Notes: a model not told the origin generated them from the letters alone. Shown: positions 1 to 11,185, counted from the stretch's first letter. The stretch is DNA of 43,508 bases from Stramenopiles sp. TOSAG23-6 (GCA_900128565.1 LT635931.1:1-43508); one strand, 5' to 3'. Numbers and translations: made by a program.

Positions 1-81
1 AAAAATATTTCAAAAAAAAATCGTTAGGTACAAAATTTCGTACGAAAAATAAATTAAAAATTGAAAAAAAATAAAACATAC
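1..81 (-). other. Intron of the repeated family (5' part; acceptor outside window)
   Basis: Minus strand reads GTATGTTTTATTTTT...TTCGTACGAAATTTTGTACCTAACG...GAAATATTTTT, the family consensus. Confidence 0.8.
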
Positions 82-1177
82 ATACTTGGAGTGACCCTGT
101 TTTGTTTTGTGCTTTATTAAGTACATCATCAACTTTAACCTCATTATTAGTCGATGTGGGAGGGTGTGGGGGTAATTTCGACAAATTGTTATGAAATTTC
201 ACAACAGTAGTTTGCGGGACGCCGGCAAAACATTTTTCATATGTTTTATCAAGAAGATATGCCGCACATTCTCGAACAGCGCCTTTGCCAATACCAATAC
301 CACTCTTCATTCCCATACCTAAATTATCATAATCAATAGTTTTCATATCTAAATCATTTAAATCGTGAAAGAATAAATCACTCATTGAATTACTTGTAAA
401 TGTTGATTTCATATCTGTATATTTTTTAGATTTACTTGATGTAGTGGCATATATCGATTCTTCATTTGATATTTCATTTCGAGAATCCCGAGGTAAATAT
501 GATTTTGGGTTATTTTTAGCATATGGTTCTTCATCAGTTGGCTTAAAGACTGCAGCGATGCGACGCCCAGGACTACGCATAAAATATGCACCACCAGAAC
601 ATATTGAGTCTACAGGCGTCGGCGATAATCCAGATTGAAGACCAGCGATAACACTTGATATAAGAGAATTTCCATAATTGAAATACTTTTCTTCAAATAT
701 TTCTTTAGAAGAATTTTTACTTTCTTGGACATGTTTCCGAGGCGTCTCTTCATAATTATCCCAAAATTCAGAGTACGGTGACAATGTTCTCTCATTGTGA
801 AGTCTCTTTGGTGATGGGTGAATGACTTCAACGGAGCTGTTTGTATGTAAATTCAAACGATGACGCTTTTGCCCCATCCCTCCCCCATGTATTGCTTGAT
901 TATCTTTATTAACTCTATAACAGAATATTCTATCAGAAAAAGTAGCTGTCGTATACTCTGTCTTCACTCTGCTATCTGGGTGACTAGGCGTATATTTTTC
1001 ACCTATTTTTTGTTTATTTTGATCTTCTTCAGAGCTTTTAGTTTCTCCTTTTGTTCCCGATTTGTCAGCACACTCCACACACCCGCTTGTATCATCAGTC
1101 ATATTGGCTATTGTTAATTTTGCTAGACGTTGTTGTAATTGCTTAGCCTGGTCTACATGGGATATCGTAATAGACAT
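82..1177 (-). CDS. Type II (gamma-like) phosphatidylinositol 4-kinase, first exon; gene continues off the left edge
   Basis: Not in the ORF track; hand-translated from ATG at 1177 without stops. Motifs SGGAYFMR..AAVFKPTDEEPYAKNNPK, GKGAVRECAAYLLD, FAGVPQT and KTGSLQ match PI4K type II. The exon ends at an AT|GTATGT donor at 81. Confidence 0.85.
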
Positions 1178-1594
1178 TTTCTCCACAAATCCACAACACC
1201 GTACTTGTAATTTGTAACTGGCAAGTTCTTCGTCGCAAAGTCAGTCGACCCCTGCCAATTTCTTTCGAAAGAATTAGTATCAAACTAAAGCTGAGAGAAT
1301 TATTCGTACAAAAACAACACGAAGATGAACACCAAAATGCGCTTCCGCGCTAGCCGGCAAGGCAAACCGGTATTTGTTACTGACAAAACAAAAGTAAGTT
1401 CACAGTTGTAATATCTTTCGAAATGTCAAAAAAGACCGACCGGTTGTTCATTCCCGATATTTTCTTTTTCTTACGTATCAAAATTTGGTACAGATCCTTG
1501 GAAAGAACTCTCTTCAAATTTTGGTACAGATCCTTGAGGCCACTTGAGGTGACCGGGTAACTTCTCTGTGGTGTAACCGTTTTCAAAGAACTTT

Positions 1595-1969
1595 TAGTAA
1601 AATACCGTTAGATTTCTTACGAAATCTGATATTAAATTGGATTGAAATTGGTTAAAAGAGACTAGTAACCGATTAGTAAAAATAGGATCAGTAAATAATT
1701 ACCTCTGGTAGAGTGTACGTATTATGGCCAGTAATACGTATAGTTAACCAGAGTGAACAAAATAAATTGAACTTGTAATCAAATATAGATCTTTTATTGA
1801 AAACTAAAGTTAAGAGACAAAGCGCACAACAGAAACAGAAACAGCAAGACAAAGAGACAAATAAAGAGCACGAGGTACCCTAAGGTAACTGGCTTTAACT
1901 CTGACTCTAATTGCTTACTTCTTGCGCAAACCTGTCTTAAATATCACAAAATACCGTTGTATTTTGCCT
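1595..1969 (-). repeat. 3' LTR (375 bp)
   Basis: Matches 10784-11158 with no difference seen by eye; element-sense ends are AGGC...ACTA. Confidence 0.95.
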
Positions 1970-1976
1970 CTCCTCC
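1970..1976 (-). other. Polypurine tract
   Basis: GGAGGAG on the element sense strand directly abutting the 3' LTR. Confidence 0.65.
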
Positions 1977-2734
1977 ACATGTTGTAAAACATGCTCTCTG
2001 GATTTCTAAAGATTAAATGATGATTAACAAAACAATTCTTGAATATAAATAAATTAAAACGAAAATATTTTTCTACAATTTTTGATATGAGAAATTTTGA
2101 AGCAGGATTGTTCCCTCATTCGAAAGTGAGGGAACATTCCTGTTCCAATTGGTAAATCAGAGATTCTGAATTTCTGAAATTCTGATTCATCAAAATTCTT
2201 CGATAACACGAAATCATTCCCAATCATAAATCGCGCGCGAATGATGGATCCATCAAAACATCAAAGACATTTAAAGGTCTTCGATCATGAATACTATTCA
2301 TTCGCTAAATTCTTCGTTTTGTAAAGTGAAACTTCTCGGAATATGATATGTCAGCCGCTAAGCACAGTACCACGTGGGAAAGCCACGAAAGGTACTGCGC
2401 TTATGCTACATTCTTTCCTCAACGTCGTAACACTATGGATAAACTCAGGATTCGTTTGGTCAACCAGAATATCGCTATGACAAAGAGACTTGGTCAAACA
2501 TCTTTTAGGTCCCATTCCTTAGGGAATCGGTCCACTGTTAAAAGTGGAAGTGAGTCGAGTTCGAGATTGATCTAACCTCATACGGGTACGTGCTTCCCAT
2601 GGCACAATGACAACGACAGTGACCCTGTTCGGAGTCCCTGTATTGGGGTTAGTACACGATCAAGATACTTCACTGGCCTAAATTGATTGTATAACCAATA
2701 ATCTGTCTGCGATTATGGATAACATACCCCGCGC

Positions 2735-5700
2735 TTACGCGAAGTCCATGAAGAACTTACGTAATCTTTCAAAGGTTACTTTATCCAAAGGTTTGGTAAA
2801 GAAGTCTCCAATGTTGTCTTTCGATTCGACACGCATAACATCAACAACGTTATGTTTGACAGCCTCACGTAAGAACGCAACGCGAACACCAATGTGTCGA
2901 GCAGCACGATGATTACACTCACGTGCAGCATTCAACAAAGCAGCCATATTATCTTCATAAACCGGCACAGGAGCATGCATTTCGCCTGTAAGATCATGAT
3001 ATACATCACGAGCCCACATGGCATCACGCGCTCCTTCAGTAAGAGCATACAATTCGCTTTCAAAGGAAGAAAGACATACGACAGCTGTTCTTCGAGACAT
3101 CCATTTTACAAGAGAACCAAACATAAAGACAGCACCACCCATGACAGATTTATACTTCTTCGGATTTACGTCACCAGCAAAGTTCGCGTCAACATAAATT
3201 TCGACGTAGATACCTTTTGTACCTATGTACAACCGAACACCACCATCGAACGGACGAACCTTTTCACATTTGCGTCCATAAATCAACCCAAGTTTAGCTG
3301 TACGCTTCAAATAACCAAGAACTAGCTTTAACGCAGCTATATGATAACTCGTTTGAGCCACCAAATGCTGTTGCAACGCCAGCGTTGCATATGCAATATC
3401 AGGACGTACGGTATTACTTAACCAGGTAAGTTTACCAACAGCTTCACGAAATGGAATACAAAACGAATTATCTTGAACGTCATTCTCTTTGTCAAACTTA
3501 TTCAAACGTACATTAGGTAAATGCGGAAGATCAGATTCCTTGAGTTTACCATTCATGCGTTTTTCAAAGTCGGTTATCATCTTATTGATGAAATTTTCTT
3601 GGGATAAGATCCAAGATCCATCTTCACATGTACGAATAGTGATTCCAAGAAACATGTTCGCTTCTTCACCATATGCAACTGTAGACGTGAATTTGCTTCC
3701 AAACGCTCTTACATGTTCTTTAGCTATATTCGAATCTTTCTTATCAAATAAAACGATAACATCGTCAACGTAAATAGCACAAAACAACACAGCACCGTTC
3801 TGAGTGAGTTTATAGATACATGGATCTGATTTAGTTGGTACCCAACCTCGAGACATTAACCATTCGGAGAGCATTTTGTGCCATAGCATGCTACTTTGCT
3901 TACAACCATAACAGCTCTTTAGCAACTTATAAGACCAGTGTGACGCATTGAACTCTTTGTTATTCAGTACGTCAAGATACTCAGGATTATCTTTTGCTAA
4001 TTCTTTTAGAACTTCAACGCCGGTACCACGAGGTATCTTTACATTGAGTTGTATGTCCATTTCAGGGAGAAGAAAAGCTTGAGATACATCCTCCATAAGC
4101 TTAGATAGATTATTGTACGCTCCAAATGCAAATAATGCGCGGAGTGATGCAAATCTAGATACTGGACTAAATGTTTCCTTATAGTCAAGATCAATACGCT
4201 GAAGATTACCCAAGATGGTAAGGCGAGCTTTAAACTGCTCTATCGAAGAATCATCTTTAAACTTTGTCTTATAGACCCATTTTGTGCCTAAAAGACGTTT
4301 GTACGATTCCGGGTGATAGTCCAGTTTGAATACACCGTTATATCCCATGCCTTTTTGCTCATCATCTTTAGCGACAGACCAATACTGTCTTTCAATGTCG
4401 GGCATATGGTTGAAATCTCTTTCAAATACAGGAGTCACGTGCTGCCTTAAATCTACTTTGGAATAGTCAAGGAATTTACGCTTTTGAGTGTCTTCATATT
4501 TAATACCATTTTGTTCAGGAGCTTGCTGCAAATGTAATTGGTATACTTCAGATATAGACGCATCTATTGTATCCAATAAATCATCATTAGGTGATTTGTT
4601 AAATACGGAATAAGCCATGAATAAATGATTAATTTCATCACTTTCTGTTGTATATGAAGCATTAGCAGAGAAGAAGGCTTCAATGGACGTATCTTTAAGA
4701 TGGTAATCTGCAAGAAGGCTCAGGTTGGATTCCAGAAGTTTCTTCTCACGAATTCTTTTACTACGTCTGCATCGATTACTTTCAGAATTGGCAAAACGAG
4801 GACTACGACGACAAGGTTGTATAGTTTCAGATTCATCTGCATCTGATTCTATAGTTTCAACTTCAGAAATATCGTCGTTAGATACGTTAGAGTTATCGTC
4901 AGAAATATCGCCATTAGAGGTATTGTTTGATTGAACATTGACTCCTCCAGAATCGATATTGACTCCTCCAGATTCAGCATTCTCTCCTCCACATGTTGAT
5001 GGATCAATATGATTTACATGCTGAGAGACGGAATTAGAATCCAACTCATTCGAAATTGCATCGGATAATGCTTTTGAAACAGGATACGTAACATCCATAG
5101 CCTTTATTACATCATGAGGAACTTGAGGAAACGTTCCTGTGCGACGCATTAAGTCGATTTGATCTAACAAGATTCGCTGATCCACGTTAGGATGCTTACG
5201 ACTCAAAAGATCCAATAAAAGTTTTGCCGCTTTATCTTCTGCCATTTTAGTAGCATGATATACGGGAGATCGAACTTCGTCGCGAAACTCAGGAGAAGCA
5301 CCTTCACGAGCTTTAATCCGACGCGATTCGATATCTGGTCGGGGTTGCAAAGAACCAAGCTGAACATTTGGGTGACGTTCACGACGAAGTTGTCCAATGG
5401 AGTGCTTAGCTAAATGCCTTCGCACCCACTTTTGGATTATTACCGACGACTTCAATAGCTTTTCAAATGAATGATCAAATGATATTATTGCCATATCTGT
5501 CGTTGAGGTTTTTGGTTTCGTACTACCGTCTGTATAGATGGGTTTATAATACGAGATTTTTGGTTTTAAACCAGACGGATGTTTTACGATACCATCTGAT
5601 TTATTGTACGGGTTAGTGTACGGTTCAATCAGTGATCGAATTTCTAAGGAGTCCGCCGGGTGCATTTTGGTAGATGGAGACTTAAAACCGTTTAGGTGAC

Positions 5701-8700
5701 CATCCAAAATACTCTGGGCACGATTACCATTGCAGATACCAGTCTGTATATCAATATCAGAATAACGCTGCGATTCGAGGACTGCTTTAGCTGCAGGAGA
5801 TAATCTTTGGACATACCCAGGTTCCTTTTCAAATGGAATCAAAGGGTAATTATGCTTCGAGTTGTGGATTGCATCGTTAGGAAGCANCACAAATCCAAGT
5901 TTTTCTCCAGTATTGGTTATCTCGCCACAGGGCTGAAAGGGAAGAAGTTTGAACTGAGAAGACATATATATCGGTTCTGAATCGATTGAATATATCGGCG
6001 AAATGTGTATGGTCTTCAGCAAACAACGACGCTGAAAGTTATAACACAGGAAACTTATGCCATCCTGGATCGGGCGAAGTATGAAAACTTCTTCACCAGT
6101 TGTGTGCAACTTATTGATACCAGGCGTAATAGCACTATATTCACTTTCTGTTAAATCATCTCTTGACGTTCCATTTGGTAGGATCTTTGCTTTTGGCGTA
6201 ATATGGGCAATTGCAATTGTACCAGCTGGGACCATTTGACGCGCGATTATTGAAGGCTTTGGAGGATGTCCATATGCCAATGCATATGCTGAATTACCGC
6301 TTGAATCAATAGGAAAGATATTATGATCATCTCTCGCTTTAAGTAGTATTTCAGGTGCTAAATTCAACGGAATATCTTTATCTAAACATTGAACACGCAC
6401 AGATTTGAATGACACTCCAATAGAATTTTCGACAGGACCTTGGCCAGAACTATTGTAAGGACCATTATCCAGCAGCGCGACACCTTTAGAATGACACTTA
6501 CTCCGGTTCGAGTGTTTCAAACCCTCTTTACAGGAGTCGAAACAGATGAACTTTGGGGGAATTTTTCTGCCGAAACGATTCATATTTATCATGATTGTTT
6601 CGTCTATTACCCGCTGCGTACAAACTTCAGCTTCATGCTTAGATTTCATAAGATAAATGAACCAATATTTCGTTGCAGGACACACGGCATGAAACGAGTA
6701 TATTTCGCCACGTAAACTCGGGACTCGAAAAGGTCCAGCAAGATCACAATAGATGCCAAATACACCAAGGATGATCTCTGAGATTAGTTTCGAATTATAT
6801 AAGGTACGGTTAAACGAATTATGAACACGCGATTTCTTTGCACTTTTGCCTTTACCACATGCATTACACACAAAAGATAACATATCTTCTTTTGAAAACT
6901 TATATTTCTTGATACCAAAGTTTTCGTATGCACCTGAATTTTGCAAGCGCAGAAACTTTTCAACACCAGGATGACCAAGCTGCTTATGAGCCAATGCTGC
7001 CTGTTCGCTTTTCGTCATAACGGACTTCTTTCTGTCTGTTAATGGCAAACCGGATCTACGCATTTTGTCGCCTTTCATAAATTGATCAGAAGGATTTATC
7101 TTCTTTGATTTCATGAAACGAGATGACATAACTGGATAAGCTTCAAGCAAATGTTCATTATCATCATTGACAAGATCCAAAATAATAGTTTCAAACAAGT
7201 ATACTGCTACATCTTCTGGTGACGCATCACATTTTACTTCATTTATTGGAACTACATCTGGGATATCTTTTCTACACAAACGAACTTTTGATGTTTCATC
7301 AAGCAAATTGATTTCATCATTCAGAATATATATTCCACGTTTGGGGCAAGCTTTACCAATAATTACAGAATCTTCAATACTCGAAGCTGCTTTTGGCATT
7401 ACTGATAAATATTCATCAACAACGAATTTGCAGTCGAGTTGCTCTCTTATTCTATTTGCAGACAGCAGAAATAGTTTTGAAGGAAGTTCTGGTGAATACA
7501 GAACATCATTGTATCCATGTACCGTTTTGCCAATCAATTTGATTGGGACCGGCACATTTGATATGCCCAGTACTGCTGGGGGTCCACCAGATCTTATCCA
7601 ACATGGGTCGGAAGGTTTAGGAGGACGGAGCGATGATTCAATGAAAAGCTCACGATTACCAGTAATACTCTCAGCCGCACAAGTGTCAAATAGAACTTTC
7701 GGTGGAGCATCTGGTTGCACCTGATATATCTCAATAATTCTTGAAATATCATATAATTGGGCGCTAAAGGTATTGATGAAATTCCCTGATGCATAGTACA
7801 TGAAATTCTCCGCAAGCTTTTGAATCTTTTCATCAGAAACTGACGAAGTTGGAGGATCCGTGACAATCATCTTTGCTGTACCATCATTAAAATCTGCCGC
7901 AAAGGCTACAGATTTATGAGCTATTGGCTTGTTCCCTGTACGAGGACATGCCAAAGTTTCTCTAATTTCCTTGTACGATGGGAATGAAACACACAAGAAA
8001 GGACATTTGTCCTTTCCATATGGACAACGAATTTGCTCAACACAAAATGGACATTTGTCCCCTTTATTCTTCTTCTCCTCCCAATCTGGATTGAGACGAT
8101 TCAGAATGCACATGGAAGTTAAATGATGCTTTTGACCGCAAATATCGCATTTATTGCTTGATTTGACATTAGGGCAATCTCTTGGAGATTTATTTTTATG
8201 CGTTTTACCACAACGATAGCACTCACCATTTTTCAACGGAACTGTGATTTCACGAAGGACTTTGATAAACTTTGACGTATTTTCAACATTGTTACCACGT
8301 CTAAGTTCATTCGAACGATGAGTCGCAAGTGTATTATTATTCTTTGAATTGGAGTTCTTCTTAGAAGATCCAGACTTAGAATTTTGCATGTCTTTTACCT
8401 GTTTGCTGAGAGAACCAATTTGAGCTTTATAGGCTTCAATTTGTTCACTCGCAGGATTTGGAGCATACAATGGAAGACGACTTGCAATCGCTTTTCCAAA
8501 CATCGATGACATTGTGTCAGATGACCAGGAGTTATATTTCCTAGAAATAACCTGGATTTCATGAATTACGTACGAAAGATGCATCAATGGAAATTGACGC
8601 TTGACCATACAGGAATCTTCGTAGTCACTTTGCTTCAACGCTAAGATGACGGGAAGAATTCGTGGCGCAGTTATACCATTGAGGTATGCAATCATTATTA

Positions 8701-10483
8701 CGGATGCTGGAGTATTTCCTGGAAGGGAAAAATTCAACAGTGGACGAGCTGGTTTTGATTCCAGTGAGTCCAAGTTGATACAATCCAATTCACGATCAGG
8801 TGCATCTGGATTCATTATATTAAGATATAAAGAATAAGATCTACCTGATGCAACCCGACTCATAATGATCGCAAATAATTCAGCACTTGGGGTTTTATCC
8901 ATTTCAACAGAAGGCATAATCTTTTCTGTGACCAAATATGGAATACGATTTCTGAGAAACTCATGCGCATGGTGAGGTATGGGGGATGTATATCCCTTTA
9001 CCTCTGACTCATCAACTTGTAGAAAGGCTGCAGCTAGTTGTTTCCGAATAGTTCCAGGACCACAAGATACACGTCTGGCATTATCAAGATAAACTTTCTT
9101 GGTATCACCATTCGCAGTGGAAAAATTTACAGGTAGATGAAGGCTGTTCGTTAGTTGATCTTTCTTAATCAGCCTATCTAGATTTAGTAATTTATCATAG
9201 TCTACTTTTTGTAAATGACCACTAGCGAAAAACAAATCCAATTCATCACAGAGACGTTTATACCTCTGAGCTTGGCAAGTTAGACGTTCATTAGAGTACA
9301 AATCGAGAAATCTTGTCGTATATCGCAACAAAGATTCTTTATCTTTCTGTTTGATTTGAGTTAATCTTGTTAAAGATTTCGAGTGAGCAAAACCGCATTG
9401 CTGTTCTGCCCAGTTGAGAATTGTCGTCAAGATTTCATATGGCGACATCTTCTGTTGGATTGCTGGATCAATCGGCTTGAAGATTCTTTTCTCAATACTT
9501 GCTTCTATGCGTTCCGGGCATCTTAGCANATTTATTAACGCTTTTACAACCGTTCTCTGATGGTTATAATTCTGAGTATATTCGTCAGAAATACGAACCA
9601 GAGATTTAATTTGATTTCTGCGTGCAGAAACCATTTGTGCGTTTGTGACATAGTAGTTGTACGCTTTAAGTGCGTCATTATACTTGTCATATGTGTCATC
9701 TGAATTATTATCTTCTCCAGGAGACGGAATTTGACCTGAGGTACCACCCGACGTTGAGACATCAGCTGAATTATTAACGTCATTCAATGAACTAGTATTA
9801 TCATTTGTTTGACGATCCTCTTTATAATTAGGGTCTATTTTCTTTGCCTTGAGAATTCGCTTGTCCAATCTTTTAATATTTTTCTTTAAAACAATTTGTT
9901 GGTTTTCATATTTGGTAATCGATAAACCTAGATTAGAGAATTCATCCTTCAACAAAGAGATACGATGAGCAAGCCTCTCAATTTCTTGAATTTGAACTGG
10001 AGTACGAACTGCAGCAAGAATTTGAGATAACTTCTTATGTTCATTCTCAGCATCCTGTCCAGCTGTTTTAACGGCTTCCTGTTGGAAATTGAACGACGTT
10101 ATTTCGTCATTTAACTCCTCTATCTTATCTTCAATATCGTCCTTCTTTTGTGTAAGACTGATGATATATATACGAGATTCTTTAATTTCTCGAATTTTCT
10201 CAAACGCTTTTGGATACATGATTTCCTTCGGCTCTTGGACAGGCGTGACTTCTTGAATTTGTGTGTCACGTAACTGTTGAAGATCTTTTGAAAATTGCAT
10301 CTTGTCAGGGTGATCCAGTAATCTTTCTGTGTCATCAAGTAAATCTAAAGGATTAGATAACTTTGTGGCACGATTAGATTTAATTGACAATTTGGCTGCG
10401 GAAGTACGAATACCTCGTAGCCATGGGACTGAATCAGCAGGTCTGACTAAACGTACTATATTAGATTCTCCTCCTTTAGTCAT
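2735..10483 (-). CDS. Gag-Pol polyprotein, Ty1/copia order (2582 aa)
   Basis: Cys/His knuckles (CYRCGKTH..C, CDICGQKHH..C), protease LFDTCA, integrase HHCC (HKQLGH..CNAC) and DDE (CDLAGPF / FDSCKE / PVEN), RT (KWVYKTK..FKARL, LKSCYGCKQS, YVDD), RNase H (YVDANFA, ESELYAL, EDN, DFFTKPL). Two codons contain N. Confidence 0.95.
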   Translation of the reverse strand: MTKGGESNIVRLVRPADSVPWLRGIRTSAAKLSIKSNRATKLSNPLDLLDDTERLLDHPDKMQFSKDLQQLRDTQIQEVTPVQEPKEIMYPKAFEKIREIKESRIYIISLTQKKDDIEDKIEELNDEITSFNFQQEAVKTAGQDAENEHKKLSQILAAVRTPVQIQEIERLAHRISLLKDEFSNLGLSITKYENQQIVLKKNIKRLDKRILKAKKIDPNYKEDRQTNDNTSSLNDVNNSADVSTSGGTSGQIPSPGEDNNSDDTYDKYNDALKAYNYYVTNAQMVSARRNQIKSLVRISDEYTQNYNHQRTVVKALINXLRCPERIEASIEKRIFKPIDPAIQQKMSPYEILTTILNWAEQQCGFAHSKSLTRLTQIKQKDKESLLRYTTRFLDLYSNERLTCQAQRYKRLCDELDLFFASGHLQKVDYDKLLNLDRLIKKDQLTNSLHLPVNFSTANGDTKKVYLDNARRVSCGPGTIRKQLAAAFLQVDESEVKGYTSPIPHHAHEFLRNRIPYLVTEKIMPSVEMDKTPSAELFAIIMSRVASGRSYSLYLNIMNPDAPDRELDCINLDSLESKPARPLLNFSLPGNTPASVIMIAYLNGITAPRILPVILALKQSDYEDSCMVKRQFPLMHLSYVIHEIQVISRKYNSWSSDTMSSMFGKAIASRLPLYAPNPASEQIEAYKAQIGSLSKQVKDMQNSKSGSSKKNSNSKNNNTLATHRSNELRRGNNVENTSKFIKVLREITVPLKNGECYRCGKTHKNKSPRDCPNVKSSNKCDICGQKHHLTSMCILNRLNPDWEEKKNKGDKCPFCVEQIRCPYGKDKCPFLCVSFPSYKEIRETLACPRTGNKPIAHKSVAFAADFNDGTAKMIVTDPPTSSVSDEKIQKLAENFMYYASGNFINTFSAQLYDISRIIEIYQVQPDAPPKVLFDTCAAESITGNRELFIESSLRPPKPSDPCWIRSGGPPAVLGISNVPVPIKLIGKTVHGYNDVLYSPELPSKLFLLSANRIREQLDCKFVVDEYLSVMPKAASSIEDSVIIGKACPKRGIYILNDEINLLDETSKVRLCRKDIPDVVPINEVKCDASPEDVAVYLFETIILDLVNDDNEHLLEAYPVMSSRFMKSKKINPSDQFMKGDKMRRSGLPLTDRKKSVMTKSEQAALAHKQLGHPGVEKFLRLQNSGAYENFGIKKYKFSKEDMLSFVCNACGKGKSAKKSRVHNSFNRTLYNSKLISEIILGVFGIYCDLAGPFRVPSLRGEIYSFHAVCPATKYWFIYLMKSKHEAEVCTQRVIDETIMINMNRFGRKIPPKFICFDSCKEGLKHSNRSKCHSKGVALLDNGPYNSSGQGPVENSIGVSFKSVRVQCLDKDIPLNLAPEILLKARDDHNIFPIDSSGNSAYALAYGHPPKPSIIARQMVPAGTIAIAHITPKAKILPNGTSRDDLTESEYSAITPGINKLHTTGEEVFILRPIQDGISFLCYNFQRRCLLKTIHISPIYSIDSEPIYMSSQFKLLPFQPCGEITNTGEKLGFVXLPNDAIHNSKHNYPLIPFEKEPGYVQRLSPAAKAVLESQRYSDIDIQTGICNGNRAQSILDGHLNGFKSPSTKMHPADSLEIRSLIEPYTNPYNKSDGIVKHPSGLKPKISYYKPIYTDGSTKPKTSTTDMAIISFDHSFEKLLKSSVIIQKWVRRHLAKHSIGQLRRERHPNVQLGSLQPRPDIESRRIKAREGASPEFRDEVRSPVYHATKMAEDKAAKLLLDLLSRKHPNVDQRILLDQIDLMRRTGTFPQVPHDVIKAMDVTYPVSKALSDAISNELDSNSVSQHVNHIDPSTCGGENAESGGVNIDSGGVNVQSNNTSNGDISDDNSNVSNDDISEVETIESDADESETIQPCRRSPRFANSESNRCRRSKRIREKKLLESNLSLLADYHLKDTSIEAFFSANASYTTESDEINHLFMAYSVFNKSPNDDLLDTIDASISEVYQLHLQQAPEQNGIKYEDTQKRKFLDYSKVDLRQHVTPVFERDFNHMPDIERQYWSVAKDDEQKGMGYNGVFKLDYHPESYKRLLGTKWVYKTKFKDDSSIEQFKARLTILGNLQRIDLDYKETFSPVSRFASLRALFAFGAYNNLSKLMEDVSQAFLLPEMDIQLNVKIPRGTGVEVLKELAKDNPEYLDVLNNKEFNASHWSYKLLKSCYGCKQSSMLWHKMLSEWLMSRGWVPTKSDPCIYKLTQNGAVLFCAIYVDDVIVLFDKKDSNIAKEHVRAFGSKFTSTVAYGEEANMFLGITIRTCEDGSWILSQENFINKMITDFEKRMNGKLKESDLPHLPNVRLNKFDKENDVQDNSFCIPFREAVGKLTWLSNTVRPDIAYATLALQQHLVAQTSYHIAALKLVLGYLKRTAKLGLIYGRKCEKVRPFDGGVRLYIGTKGIYVEIYVDANFAGDVNPKKYKSVMGGAVFMFGSLVKWMSRRTAVVCLSSFESELYALTEGARDAMWARDVYHDLTGEMHAPVPVYEDNMAALLNAARECNHRAARHIGVRVAFLREAVKHNVVDVMRVESKDNIGDFFTKPLDKVTFERLRKFFMDFA

Positions 10484-10771
10484 GATTGGCTAAATGGTTA
10501 TGAAGGAGTAAATATTATAGGAAAAACTGTCTCTCAGGAGTTCCTGGTATACAGCTGATGAGAATAGACTCCTAAAAATGGAGATTATCCTCTTAGAACA
10601 AAACTTTGGTGTTTTCGTCAAAACACAAAGTTAATGCCGAAATCCGTGAAAGTAAAGTCACGGAAACGATACGTTTAAAAACGACAGTTACAGAAAATTA
10701 ACAGACCAGTAAGCTAGAATGTTAAGATTAGTCTACTATTATCAATGCACAATGAATGAAAGGGTAGAGAC

Positions 10772-10783
10772 CGACTGTTAATC
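10772..10783 (-). other. Putative primer-binding site complementary to the tRNA-Asn(GUU) anticodon arm
   Basis: No TGG follows the 5' LTR; the + strand reads CGACTGTTAATC abutting the LTR, the anticodon stem-loop sequence of tRNA-Asn. Confidence 0.6.
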
Positions 10784-11158
10784 TAGTAAAATACCGTTAG
10801 ATTTCTTACGAAATCTGATATTAAATTGGATTGAAATTGGTTAAAAGAGACTAGTAACCGATTAGTAAAAATAGGATCAGTAAATAATTACCTCTGGTAG
10901 AGTGTACGTATTATGGCCAGTAATACGTATAGTTAACCAGAGTGAACAAAATAAATTGAACTTGTAATCAAATATAGATCTTTTATTGAAAACTAAAGTT
11001 AAGAGACAAAGCGCACAACAGAAACAGAAACAGCAAGACAAAGAGACAAATAAAGAGCACGAGGTACCCTAAGGTAACTGGCTTTAACTCTGACTCTAAT
11101 TGCTTACTTCTTGCGCAAACCTGTCTTAAATATCACAAAATACCGTTGTATTTTGCCT
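10784..11158 (-). repeat. 5' LTR (375 bp)
   Basis: Direct repeat of 1595-1969. Confidence 0.95.
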
Positions 11159-11185
11159 ACTTTACTAGATCTTTTAAGGCTGGAG

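Larger units (their letters stand above)
1595..11158 (-). mobile_element. Full-length Ty1/copia-type LTR retrotransposon with 5-bp target-site duplication ACTTT
   Basis: Two 375-bp direct repeats, ACTTT on both flanks (1590-1594 and 11159-11163), and a single gag-PR-IN-RT-RH ORF. Confidence 0.95.

Noticed and set aside
10555-10605. CTGATGAG followed by a stem, as a hammerhead ribozyme
   Set aside because: No GAAA core directly after the stem, and it is antisense to the element.
10781-11170. 10-bp inverted repeat ATCTAGTAAA...TTTACTAGAT as the LTR boundary
   Set aside because: Not present in the other LTR; the ACTTT duplication places the right arm in host DNA. Treated as coincidence.
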